DNA of 64,000 bases from Bacteroidota bacterium. Lineage in GTDB: Bacteria > Bacteroidota > Ignavibacteria > Ignavibacteriales > Ignavibacteriaceae. Under the pieces are notes generated by a model. It had not been told where the DNA came from and searched no databases. It was given only the letters and a program-made list of their open reading frames with translations. The stretch spans positions 3,499 through 67,498 of the forward strand of contig JAKAJV010000068.1 in the NCBI GenBank assembly GCA_021813585.1, read 5' to 3'. Positions 17,700-26,447 of this stretch are shown in pieces (the stretch's first letter is position 1; each line of letters opens with the position of its first letter). Both the position numbers and the translations under genes were made by a program.

Positions 17700-18377
17700 C
17701 TATTTATCGCTTCTGGAAATAAGCGAGTTTGGCAAATGAATTATTGTTTCTTCTGCTTCTCTTTCAGAGCAAGAGATGCAAACCTTCTTTCCGTCTTTTA
17801 GACGCAAGTATCTTTCAAAAGTATATTCGCCGCATACTTCACACTTTGCTTTGTTGAAAGAACTTTTAACCGGAGTATATTTGAAATTTTCAAGAACAGT
17901 TACAGTAAAGAGTTCTTCATTTGTTGCATTAAGAACGATATCGATAATATCTTTCCTTACATCTTCCGGAATTTCGGATGGTTCAATTCCTTGTTTGCGG
18001 TATTTGAAAAATTCGTGCGGTGCAAGCTTATCCTGGAATTCATTTTTCAGAAATATTCTTACGGCATCTTTTTTACCCGGATACCAAAAGATTGCCGCGA
18101 CCTTTCCGTAGTTCAATCTTTCAATCATTCCTTTGCCAAATGTAGCGCCGGTCGCAGACATAATGCCGTCTTGCATACAGCCTTGCGGATGACCGACACC
18201 CATTTCCGAAAACACGTGCATCTGGTGGTCTAAGCTTTTGCTAACACCAAGTTTTTCTAATGCTAAAGTTCCCATTCTATAACCGATTGGCATAAAGGGG
18301 CACCTGTGCCCGTGAAATTCAAAAGTCCAGTCAGGTAAATTAAATTTTGTTGGGTGAGATTTTTCAATGTTCGACAT
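17700..18377 (-). CDS. FmdE-family protein with a C-terminal zinc ribbon (paralog of 15131-15733)
   Basis: 225 aa with FHGHRCPFMPIGYRMG, and CEVCGE...CISC forming the Zn ribbon. Confidence 0.85.
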   Translation of the reverse strand: MSNIEKSHPTKFNLPDWTFEFHGHRCPFMPIGYRMGTLALEKLGVSKSLDHQMHVFSEMGVGHPQGCMQDGIMSATGATFGKGMIERLNYGKVAAIFWYPGKKDAVRIFLKNEFQDKLAPHEFFKYRKQGIEPSEIPEDVRKDIIDIVLNATNEELFTVTVLENFKYTPVKSSFNKAKCEVCGEYTFERYLRLKDGKKVCISCSEREAEETIIHLPNSLISRSDK

Positions 18378-18402
18378 TGTTTTTGTTCCTTTCTATATTT
18401 AT

Positions 18403-18423
18403 AAGTAAATAATTACTTACATA
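18403..18423. promoter_or_regulatory. Candidate TetR operator (palindromic), site 1
   Basis: AAGTAAATAATTACTTACATA lies between the TetR stop and the FmdE start. It contains the near-perfect palindrome TAAGTAAAT/AATTACTTA. It matches the site at 19053-19073 at 17 of 21 positions. Confidence 0.5.
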
Positions 18424-18438
18424 ATTAATTAAAATTTT

Positions 18439-19029
18439 TTATTTTTTTAATATCCTTAAAATTAAAGTAAACATTCTCTTACAGAAGTTATTCATGTTCA
18501 AGCCGCTTTTATTCAGTACCAATTCTATATTGAATGTTATAGGTATGCCCATATAGATAACGGCGATATCTTCGGCATTGACATTCTTATCCCAGACTCC
18601 TTCAGCTACTCCGTCTTTAACAATCTTAGCAATAAGCTGCTTTTGCTCGGATAGAATCTGACTCAATTTATCCTTTAACTCCTTGTCGCCAAGATGTGCT
18701 GCCTCAGAAAACAGAAGTATAGTTATACCTCTATTTTCTTTAAGATAATTAACATGGCGGCACAAAAAATTAAACAGCTTTTCTTCAGCCTTTACCGGGC
18801 TTAAAGCAATGCTGCGCAGTTGACCTACCAGACCATTAGCGACATCATCCATTATTCCTTTTATAATATCACGCTTTGTGGGAAAGTGACGGAATATTGC
18901 GCCTTCGGTTAAGCCAATTCTCTTTGCAAGATTTCTTGTAGAAACATTGTTCAGCCCTTCATCAGCGATTATTTCAAGTACAGCTTTCTTAATCTGTTCC
19001 TGTCTTATATCTGTTGTTTCTCTTGACAT
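18439..19029 (-). CDS. TetR/AcrR family transcriptional regulator
   Basis: 196 aa. The N-terminal HTH is STRNLAKRIGLTEGAIFRHFPTKRDI. Confidence 0.9.
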   Translation of the reverse strand: MSRETTDIRQEQIKKAVLEIIADEGLNNVSTRNLAKRIGLTEGAIFRHFPTKRDIIKGIMDDVANGLVGQLRSIALSPVKAEEKLFNFLCRHVNYLKENRGITILLFSEAAHLGDKELKDKLSQILSEQKQLIAKIVKDGVAEGVWDKNVNAEDIAVIYMGIPITFNIELVLNKSGLNMNNFCKRMFTLILRILKK

Positions 19030-19052
19030 TTTTTCTTCTCAAAAAAATAAAT

Positions 19053-19073
19053 ATGTAAACAGTTACTTACAAA
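19053..19073. promoter_or_regulatory. Candidate TetR operator, site 2 (autoregulatory)
   Basis: ATGTAAACAGTTACTTACAAA lies 24 nt upstream of the TetR start. It shares GTAAA-N3-TTACTTACA with site 1. Confidence 0.45.
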
Positions 19074-19137
19074 AATATAGAAGAAAAATTAAAAGTCAAG
19101 TGGCTTACCTGATAATTTTTGTAGCAAGTATGAAAAC

Positions 19138-19263
19138 ATAGCGCGGCAAGCCGCAATTCAAAATTAAAAATGAAAAATTAAAAATGAATACACTTAAAAT
19201 ATCTTGACACAAAAAATCCCAAAGGGATCACAATGTGACAAAAATTTAACTGGCAATACTATA
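19138..19263 (+). mobile_element. ATA-flanked short interspersed element (GCGCGGCAAGCCGCAATT...GGCAATACT), copy 1, about 120 bp plus flanking ATA
   Basis: Nearly identical to the copies at 50744-50848 and 58881-58978. It carries an extra internal segment, TCCCAAAGGGATCACAATGTGAC. ATA is present on both sides. Confidence 0.7.
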
Positions 19264-19302
19264 GGACAAACCGCATAAAAATTTAATGTAGTAATTAGGT
19301 TG

Positions 19303-19331
19303 TTGACATGGAAATTATTGCATCATATAAT
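19303..19331 (+). promoter_or_regulatory. Perfect sigma70-consensus promoter, TTGACA-N17-TATAAT
   Basis: TTGACA at 19303-19308, a 17-nt spacer, and TATAAT at 19326-19331. A GAGGGG RBS and the ATG at 19360 follow. Confidence 0.6.
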
Positions 19332-19359
19332 TGCGATGAACGATTGAGGGGATTATAAA

Positions 19360-19635
19360 ATGGCATTTTCTAAGAAAGAAGAGTTTACGAAGGAAGATAT
19401 ATGGCTGGCAGATATTGCCAAGGCATTGGCTCATCCGGCTTGGATCTTAAATCAGAAACTTTACTCGCCCTTCGGGCTCTTTCCGATTCTGATTTATCAG
19501 CTATTATCTTTACTTTTTCTTCTTGTATCATTACCGTTATTTCTCGTTTCCCCTCTACATTTTTTCTTTTTTATATACTCTTTCGCAAAATTAAAAAAGC
19601 AGTCAATAAAATATATAGTAGTAATAGATCGCTAA
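19360..19635 (+). pseudogene. N-terminal remnant of an ArsR-family gene fused to unrelated hydrophobic sequence
   Basis: The first ~30 aa (MAFSKKEEFTKEDIWLADIAKALAHPA) resemble the start of Bacteroidota-type ArsR regulators (...AKALAHPARIAIL). The HTH that should follow is absent in all frames. The rest of the ORF is a pyrimidine-rich tract. Confidence 0.35.
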
Positions 19636-19699
19636 TCGATTCCATCCCCAGTGCGGAGTTCGAATGGGTTAGCTAAAAGAGAATTTCAGCAAACCCTAA

Positions 19700-20455
19700 T
19701 TATTTGGCAGTCATTCCTCCGTCTACAACCATTACGGCGCCGATTGTTGAACCGGCTTCACCGGAAGCGAGGTAAGCTGACATGGCTGCAATTTCTTCCG
19801 GAGCTACAAGTCTACCGTGGGGCTGCCTGTTAAGCATATTTTTTCTTGCGGCCTCTGGATCGGCATAGCTTTTAGTTATTCGCTCAATCCAAGGTGTGTC
19901 CACAGTTCCGGGCGCAATACAATTTATTCTAATGCCGTCACCGACATGATCGATCGCGGCTGCGCGCGTAAGCGATAGAATTCCTCCCTTAGCGGCGCTG
20001 TATGCTGCTCTTTCAGGTAATCCAACCAGGGCAGCGATAGAGGTAATATTTATAATGCACCCTCCGTTGTTTCTTTTCATTAACGGAATAGCATGCTTCA
20101 TACACAGGAAAGTACCTTTTAAATTTACGTTGATAACTCGATCCCAGGTTTCTTCATCTGTATCCGGTACAGATGCAGCGGCACCAATGCCAGCGTTGTT
20201 TACAAGGATATCTATCTTACCGAAACTGTCGAAGGAAAAATTCATAAGTGCTTGTACCTGTCTTGAACTGGTGATGTTAACCGTAAATGGGAAAGCATTA
20301 TCTCCCAGCTCTTTAGATTTATTAGATGCGTTTACTTCATCTATATCCGCAACAACAACCTTTGCACCTTCTTCAATAAAGCGCTTTGATATTGCCAGTC
20401 CTATGCCCGATGCACCGCCGGTTACTATCGCTATTTTGTCTTTTAATCTTTTCAT
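19700..20455 (-). CDS. SDR family oxidoreductase
   Basis: 251 aa with the TGGASGIG cofactor motif and a YSAAK catalytic Y-x3-K. Confidence 0.9.
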   Translation of the reverse strand: MKRLKDKIAIVTGGASGIGLAISKRFIEEGAKVVVADIDEVNASNKSKELGDNAFPFTVNITSSRQVQALMNFSFDSFGKIDILVNNAGIGAAASVPDTDEETWDRVINVNLKGTFLCMKHAIPLMKRNNGGCIINITSIAALVGLPERAAYSAAKGGILSLTRAAAIDHVGDGIRINCIAPGTVDTPWIERITKSYADPEAARKNMLNRQPHGRLVAPEEIAAMSAYLASGEAGSTIGAVMVVDGGMTAK

Positions 20456-21294
20456 ATTTCCACCACCTGGTTTATTATTTCGCCGATACCTTTAATCCAG
20501 CAGGAAACAATATCCCCGTTTTTTAGGAAGACCGGCGGCTTTCTGGTAAATCCCACACCGCTCGGCGTTCCGGTGGCTATTATATCGCCCGGCTCAAAAG
20601 TAAATGAATAAGAAAGCTTTGAGATAAGTTCAGCCACTCCGAAGATCATATTCTTCGTATTATCATGCTGCAGCAGAACTCCGTTTACTTCGCAGCCCAG
20701 CTCAAGATTTTGCGGATCGGAAATTTCATCCGCAGTAACAATAACAGGCCCGGTGGGGCAAAACGTATCTAGAGATTTTCCTCTTACCCATTGCCCGTCA
20801 GTAAATTGGAGATCGCGGGCAGAGATATCGTTTAATATTGTATAACCGAAAACATAATTCAATGCTTCATCTGCCGGAACGCTTTTGGCTTTTTCCCCGA
20901 TTATCACTCCTAGCTCAACTTCATAGTCTACTTCTTTTGTTATTACCGCAGGAATCACTATCGGATCAGTAGGACCGGAAATTGAATTACGGAACTTAGC
21001 AAATACAAGCGGGCTTTTAGGCAGTTCCATTTTCGATTCGCTTGCATGGTCTAAATAGTTCAAACCAATAGCGACAATTTTTGAAGGATTAGGTAGCGGT
21101 GCTGCTAAAAAATCCTTTTCAAGCTTTTTGCCGCGATCGGAGTTTTCTAAAGATAGATTTATTTTAGACCAAGTTTTTTTCCCTTCCGAAATTAAATCGA
21201 GCATGCTGCCGGAAAATCCCAGTTCGCTTAGACCGATTAAACCTTTTTTAGTAACCCCGGCAAGCGAGTTGTCTTTCAATGTTGCAAGTCTCAT
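20452..21294 (-). CDS. Fumarylacetoacetate hydrolase (FAH) family protein
   Basis: 280 aa with the DYEVELGVIIG and NDISARDLQ motifs. Confidence 0.85.
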   Translation of the reverse strand: MRLATLKDNSLAGVTKKGLIGLSELGFSGSMLDLISEGKKTWSKINLSLENSDRGKKLEKDFLAAPLPNPSKIVAIGLNYLDHASESKMELPKSPLVFAKFRNSISGPTDPIVIPAVITKEVDYEVELGVIIGEKAKSVPADEALNYVFGYTILNDISARDLQFTDGQWVRGKSLDTFCPTGPVIVTADEISDPQNLELGCEVNGVLLQHDNTKNMIFGVAELISKLSYSFTFEPGDIIATGTPSGVGFTRKPPVFLKNGDIVSCWIKGIGEIINQVVEI

Positions 21295-22388
21295 CTATTC
21301 TCCTTTATATTTTCAAGTATAAAATTCAAATTTACTTTTGTAAAAACTTCCTTTCCGTTTGCATCAATTATATTTATTCCGTCATCAGTAGCTTCAATTG
21401 ATTGAACTTTGGAGAAGCTGTTCGGAATATGTGCAAAACCGAATAAATATCTGACATGGAAAGTCCCTCCGTTTAATTCAATGAAAGTTTTAATGCCGTT
21501 TTCATTCAGGAAGTTTTTGTCTATCGATGCCTTATGTCCTAAATGAAAGAACGATGCAGTCTCTTCAATCCCGATTACGTTTCTATGTCTTCCTGAAAAA
21601 GGAGGGTAGAAACGCCCGCCGTTGCTAAACCAAAGGACGGTATTCCTTAGAACTCCCGGCGGCTTAAGTGCGAAGAATACCCATCCGGCATTTTTTGAAA
21701 CTGCAGTTGACCACGCAAACGGCTGGGTTACATCAGAGACGAGCATGAGCAGATCCTCATGGTTAGTCATTGAAGGGAAAACCGTTAAATCAATAATCTC
21801 ACCGTTCGATAATTTGACTTCACCAAGATTATCAAACTTCTGCGGATACATCAATAACGATCTTCCCGATTCATCATTCGATTCGATAGGCGAAGGAGGT
21901 GTTCCTCCGTAAATCCATTTTGAAAAACCAAGCAACAGCAGCTCCTCCGCTTTTAGCATCAAGTGGTGGCCGACAGGTATTTTACCTTTGCCTCCTTCAA
22001 AAATATGATCTTCATAAATGACTGATTGATCTTCAATAATTGAAATTATCTTTTTTACTTTTGCTCCCATAATTTTTTTAGAAAGCTCGAGCTCAATTTT
22101 GCCGTTGGTTAAATTTAATAAGCTCCAAACATCGTTTGCAGATGCGCCGTGCGGTCTCGGTTCATCCTGCAAAAAGTCACTGTCGCCGAAAGGCGCGCAG
22201 AAAAAATCGTTTCTTAACCATCTCAGCATCGGCGGAATTGAACTGTCGTGTTTTTCATTATCCCATGGCGCAATACTTAAAGGAGAAATCTCTCTGCCGT
22301 TTATAGTAAAGACAACCGGTTCTAGGAAACCGCATCGATCGGTAACTCCTACTTTAACTTTATTGTTCCGTATAATCCAGCTTTTCAT
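21291..22388 (-). CDS. Hypothetical protein (possibly a mutarotase-like beta-sandwich)
   Basis: 365 aa ORF whose ends overlap both neighbouring genes by 4 nt, consistent with translational coupling. No motif was recognised with confidence. Confidence 0.5.
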   Translation of the reverse strand: MKSWIIRNNKVKVGVTDRCGFLEPVVFTINGREISPLSIAPWDNEKHDSSIPPMLRWLRNDFFCAPFGDSDFLQDEPRPHGASANDVWSLLNLTNGKIELELSKKIMGAKVKKIISIIEDQSVIYEDHIFEGGKGKIPVGHHLMLKAEELLLLGFSKWIYGGTPPSPIESNDESGRSLLMYPQKFDNLGEVKLSNGEIIDLTVFPSMTNHEDLLMLVSDVTQPFAWSTAVSKNAGWVFFALKPPGVLRNTVLWFSNGGRFYPPFSGRHRNVIGIEETASFFHLGHKASIDKNFLNENGIKTFIELNGGTFHVRYLFGFAHIPNSFSKVQSIEATDDGINIIDANGKEVFTKVNLNFILENIKENR

Positions 22389-23278
22389 ACCCTGAAAATT
22401 TTTCCGTTTTCTTTTCCCAGCTTTTTATCTTCAATTAGTTCTTCAACCTGAACTTCAAGCATAGCGTAGCCTCTGAATTCCAGTTGCCGGTTTAATTTTT
22501 GGCAGACGTCTTTCCACAGCACGTGAAACTCCACATTATTAGCCGAAGATATTACAGCCTCCTCAACTTCATTTAAGAAATGTATTGAATTTCTAATTGC
22601 TTCCTTCGCTTGTCCTTTTTCCAGCGGAGGATGATGGGCGGCTAAAATTCTTTTAATAGAGCCATCTTCAATAAAGTCTTCAATTCTGTTTAAAGTATTT
22701 CTAAATCCTCTAGCAGTTTGAAATCCGTGAAAGAACGGAGCCGCAATCGCTAGAAGAACATCACCCATAAAGAGCGTGTGTGAATTTTTTTCAAGAAATC
22801 CTACCTCTTCCAATTTATGTCCGGGGAGAGCCAGAGTAGTTAATTCAATTTCCGGCGATGGCCTGAAAGTTATTCCCTCAGATATAACAGCGTCAACGTG
22901 AACCGCCCCATCCATGAGTCCCGTAATTTCATCTCTCTGCTGTGGACTGTCCGGTAAATGCTCGCCTGGAATGCAAAACTCCCGGTAATGTAATTCAAGG
23001 TCCTCTATCCATGGCAGTGCGCCTGCAGCAAAAAATTGAGCACCGGTCATTTCCTTTACAGACTTGTTGCAGCCAATGTGGTCTGCATGCGCATGGGTTA
23101 TTAAAACATTTTTTACCGGTTTAACCTCGTTGCAGAGATCAAGCACCGGTGCTTTCATCGCTTTTATTCCGGTATCAATAAGGATGCTGTAATCTTTGCC
23201 TTTTATTGCATAAACATAAAGCGGTACTCCCGGCATAAGGTCGACTTTAGTGAAATGTATAAAACTATCAAGCTTCAT
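22385..23278 (-). CDS. MBL-fold metallo-hydrolase (candidate lactonase)
   Basis: 297 aa with the HAHADHIG motif. The context is a sugar-acid pathway. Confidence 0.8.
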   Translation of the reverse strand: MKLDSFIHFTKVDLMPGVPLYVYAIKGKDYSILIDTGIKAMKAPVLDLCNEVKPVKNVLITHAHADHIGCNKSVKEMTGAQFFAAGALPWIEDLELHYREFCIPGEHLPDSPQQRDEITGLMDGAVHVDAVISEGITFRPSPEIELTTLALPGHKLEEVGFLEKNSHTLFMGDVLLAIAAPFFHGFQTARGFRNTLNRIEDFIEDGSIKRILAAHHPPLEKGQAKEAIRNSIHFLNEVEEAVISSANNVEFHVLWKDVCQKLNRQLEFRGYAMLEVQVEELIEDKKLGKENGKIFRV

Positions 23279-24513
23279 TTTCTAGCCTCCATTTCTCTTT
23301 TAGGATCGGCAAAATTTCTTTCCGGCATAATGCAATACCAGTCAGGTCGGTTCGGGTCCCGGTCATAAGAATATCCTCCTAACTCTTTGTAAAGCTCGGA
23401 ATATTGCTTTAACTTTTCATAATCGAGTTCTACTCCAAGCCCCGGGCTTTCGGGAAGCTTTATTTTTCCGTCCCCGTATTTCATCTTACCGCCTTTAATA
23501 ATGTCATCTGTTAAGTGATGGTAATGCGCATCTGCCGCAAACCCGATGTTTGGCAAAGAGGCGCCGAGGTGAAGCATAGTAGCCAACTGGATGCCGAGTT
23601 CGCCCGAAGAATGAACGCTGGCACCCCACTGAAAAGTTTCGAGGACCTGTCCGGCCTTATACGCCTGGCGCAATCCTCCCCAGAAAGTTGTATCCAGTAA
23701 AATAACATCTATTGCTTCGGTTCTGATGCATGATGCCATCTGCTCAAAATTAATTACGACGGTGTTGGTCGCAGTCGGAATCTTAACAAAGTTTCTAACC
23801 CGTCTCATTCCTTCCAGTCCGAATGTCGGATCTTCAAAATAGTCGTTGTTTAAATTTTCGATTGCCTTACCCACCCTAATTGATTCTTCGACGCTCCAGG
23901 CGCTGTTGGGATCTAGCCTGAAACTTGAGTTCGGAAATGCTGACGAGAGTGCTTTATAAACTTCTATATCGTGATCTGGAGGGAATACGCCGCCTTTCAG
24001 TTTATGAGTTTTGAATCCGAATTTTTTTGATAAATCCATTGCATGTAAAACCATTTCGTCCGGAGTTATTTCTCCGCCCAAGCCGGTCTTTTCATTGGGA
24101 TATCTGTAGAAGAGATAGCTGGCAAAAGGAATTTCATTTCGTAGCGCGCCGCCAAGTAAATCGCATGCACGTATACCGAGAAATTTTCCTGCAAGGTCTA
24201 TGCATGCAAACTCTATTGCCGCATGGACCTGTGCACGGTTGTTATAAAGAGAGGCGACCGGATTCATTATCTTCCACCTCAGTTGTTCAAGCTGCAGCGG
24301 GTCGTGTCCTACCAGGTAAGGCTTTAATCCTTTAATTGTTTCTTCGGCAGAGGTTCCGCCTCCGCCCATTTCTCCTATACCAACCAGTCCGTTGTCGGCA
24401 ATTAACTCAACTATTGTTCTTACAAACCTTCCCCAATGTGTACCGTTTGCGTGTCTTAGCGGTGCTTCTAGCGGAACAGTTACAGTAGTTGCCCTAACAT
24501 CAACAATTTTCAT
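23275..24513 (-). CDS. Enolase-superfamily acid-sugar dehydratase, glucarate-dehydratase-like
   Basis: 412 aa. [10 protein letters not shown]...[15 protein letters not shown]...FEDP...PTATN aligns with the E. coli GudD segment FKLKGGV...LDPNGAWSL...AEDP...PTATN. Confidence 0.85.
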   Translation of the reverse strand: MKIVDVRATTVTVPLEAPLRHANGTHWGRFVRTIVELIADNGLVGIGEMGGGGTSAEETIKGLKPYLVGHDPLQLEQLRWKIMNPVASLYNNRAQVHAAIEFACIDLAGKFLGIRACDLLGGALRNEIPFASYLFYRYPNEKTGLGGEITPDEMVLHAMDLSKKFGFKTHKLKGGVFPPDHDIEVYKALSSAFPNSSFRLDPNSAWSVEESIRVGKAIENLNNDYFEDPTFGLEGMRRVRNFVKIPTATNTVVINFEQMASCIRTEAIDVILLDTTFWGGLRQAYKAGQVLETFQWGASVHSSGELGIQLATMLHLGASLPNIGFAADAHYHHLTDDIIKGGKMKYGDGKIKLPESPGLGVELDYEKLKQYSELYKELGGYSYDRDPNRPDWYCIMPERNFADPKREMEARK

Positions 24514-25316
24514 TTTGTCTCCTTTCCTGTTTTTGGCGCTCCTCCAATCGGAAGAAGAAGACCTCCGTCAACTGAATAAACTGCACCGGTTACAAATGAG
24601 GATTTATCCGATGCAAGGAATGCAACAACCTCCGCAACTTCATCCGCTGAGGCTATTCTTCCAAGCGGATGCATATTCTTAATATTATCCTTTACTTCAT
24701 CTGGATTTGGATCAAGCGATACGGCCCATTCAAGCATCGGCGTGTTTACGCTGCCGGGAGCGACGCAATTAATGCGGATACCGTATTCCGCAAAATCGAG
24801 AGCCATGCTTCTTGTCAATCCGATTAGAGCATGTTTGGAAGTTGTGTAAGCGGCTACATTCTTTTGAGTAGCGAATGCCTGAACAGAAGTCATGTTAACA
24901 ACTTTGCCGCGTGTCTTTTTCAAATACGGAATTGCGTACCGGCATGTAAGGTAGACGCTTTTTAAATTGACATTAATTACTTCATCCCATTCGTCTTCGC
25001 TAGTAGTTTCAACGCTGCCGTATCTTTGAATGCCTGCATTGTTCGAAAGAATATCCATACCTCCAAATCTTTTATTTATCTCCTCAATTGCATTCTTTAC
25101 CTCGCCGGAATTTGATACATCGGTATAAATGAAGTATGCTTGCTTGCCGGCAGTTCTAATTTCTTTTACTGTTTCTTCCGCTTTTTCTTTGTCCCGGTCT
25201 AAAATAGCTACTGTGGCGCCCCGCCTGGCAAAAAGTTTCGCTACAGCCTTTCCTATACCCATAGCTCCGCCAGTAACAACTGCAACTTTATTCTTGAATT
25301 CAAGATCGTCCGGCAT
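24510..25316 (-). CDS. SDR family oxidoreductase
   Basis: 268 aa with the TGGAMGIG and YTTSK motifs. Confidence 0.9.
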   Translation of the reverse strand: MPDDLEFKNKVAVVTGGAMGIGKAVAKLFARRGATVAILDRDKEKAEETVKEIRTAGKQAYFIYTDVSNSGEVKNAIEEINKRFGGMDILSNNAGIQRYGSVETTSEDEWDEVINVNLKSVYLTCRYAIPYLKKTRGKVVNMTSVQAFATQKNVAAYTTSKHALIGLTRSMALDFAEYGIRINCVAPGSVNTPMLEWAVSLDPNPDEVKDNIKNMHPLGRIASADEVAEVVAFLASDKSSFVTGAVYSVDGGLLLPIGGAPKTGKETK

Positions 25317-25423
25317 ACTATCCTCCTAATTCAAATAATATTGGGAAAGTAAAATATTTGTTTCTACAATAAAATATTTGAAAAATCTTCTTGACAATTT
25401 CAAACATGATACTTAAGTTGAAT

Positions 25424-25451
25424 ATGTAGATATGTTTGAACATATGGACAT
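25424..25451. promoter_or_regulatory. Candidate GntR/HutC operator palindrome in the divergent promoter region
   Basis: ATGTAGATATGTTT / GAACATATGGACAT, with 11 of 14 positions complementary between the arms. It lies 47 nt upstream of the GntR start. Confidence 0.35.
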
Positions 25452-25497
25452 ACTTAATATAGTAAAATTATATTCAAATAAGCAAGAGGAATATTAA

Positions 25498-26235
25498 ATG
25501 GTCTTGAAGATCAATCATCAAAGTGCAATTCCGCTGCATGCGCAGGTTGAAGAGCAACTGCGGGAAATGATTAGTCTTCCTGAATATAATGACGGCAAAT
25601 TTTTTCCAAATGAAGTTGAGATTGCAAAAAAGCTGGGGATATCTAGAAACACCGTAAGGCACGCGTTAAATAAATTAGTCTATGAGGGTTTACTTGTCAG
25701 GAAAAAAGGCGTAGGAACAAAAGTCGCTAACAAAACAGTAACAACCAGGCTGGACAGCTGGCACAGCTTTACCCAGGAGATGAATGAGAAAGGAATTCCA
25801 TTTAAAAACTACGAAATAGATGTAGAGTGGGTTGAAGCTGATTCACTTATTGCGAAATTCTTTTCGATAGCGGAAAAAAAATTAGTACTAAAGATGGAAA
25901 GGCTGCGTGGTTTGGAAAAAGGGCCGATCGTTTACTTTACATCCTATTTTCACCCTAGAGTAGGATTGACAGGCAAGGAAGATTTTTCCCAGCCGCTTTA
26001 TAAAATACTTGAAGAAAATTATTCAACAATTCCGGTAGTATCCAAAGAAGAAATAAATGCGAGGGTTGCCGATGAACGGCTCTCTAAAAAATTAAATATT
26101 AAAAAAGGTGATCCTGTTTTGGTTAGGAAACGCTTTGTGTTCGATCCCGGTGGAAGACCTGTTGAATATAATATCGGTTATTATAAAGCCGACAGTTTTA
26201 CTTATTCCATCGAGATACAGCGAGGGAAAGAGTAA
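25498..26235 (+). CDS. GntR family (HutC subfamily, UTRA domain) transcriptional regulator
   Basis: 245 aa with GISRNTVRHALNKLVYEGLLVRKKGVGTKV and a C-terminal effector domain of UTRA length. Confidence 0.9.
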   Translation: MVLKINHQSAIPLHAQVEEQLREMISLPEYNDGKFFPNEVEIAKKLGISRNTVRHALNKLVYEGLLVRKKGVGTKVANKTVTTRLDSWHSFTQEMNEKGIPFKNYEIDVEWVEADSLIAKFFSIAEKKLVLKMERLRGLEKGPIVYFTSYFHPRVGLTGKEDFSQPLYKILEENYSTIPVVSKEEINARVADERLSKKLNIKKGDPVLVRKRFVFDPGGRPVEYNIGYYKADSFTYSIEIQRGKE

Positions 26236-26295
26236 ATGTATAGCAGAATAGTGATACTCTACCTCTTCCAAAGAAAGTAAAAAAGACGTTATTAA

Positions 26296-26378
26296 GGAGT
26301 GGAGTAATGAAATAATGGAATAATGATAAAAGGATTTAGAGTTGGTATTCCATTATTCCAGCACTCCACTACTCCGTT
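26296..26378. repeat. GGAGTAATGGAATAATGG-family palindromic repeat, copy c
   Basis: GGAGTGGAGTAATGAAATAATGGAATAATG ... ATTCCATTATTCCAGCACTCCACTACTCC. Confidence 0.8.
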
Positions 26379-26447
26379 TTGATTGTTATTCAAAATGAGT
26401 TGAAAACATTTTGTTCCGTACTTTATTCTAAATAATAACTTAATTGT

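Noticed and set aside
19640-19680. GGAGTTCGAATGGG string resembling a tRNA T-loop (GTTCGAAT); considered as a tRNA fragment or integration site
   Set aside because: The flanking bases do not form a T-stem (CGGAG versus GGGTT). No acceptor, D or anticodon arms can be drawn, so there is no cloverleaf.
20055-20495. 146-aa antisense ORF inside the SDR gene; likewise 47782-48261 (-), 27492-27839 (-), 6992-7321 (+), 57364-57720 (-), 58474-58854 (-), 17776-18111 (+) and 15504-15716 (-)
   Set aside because: All lie fully within, and opposite or out of frame to, strongly supported genes. They have low-complexity or biased composition and no recognisable motifs, so they are shadow ORFs.
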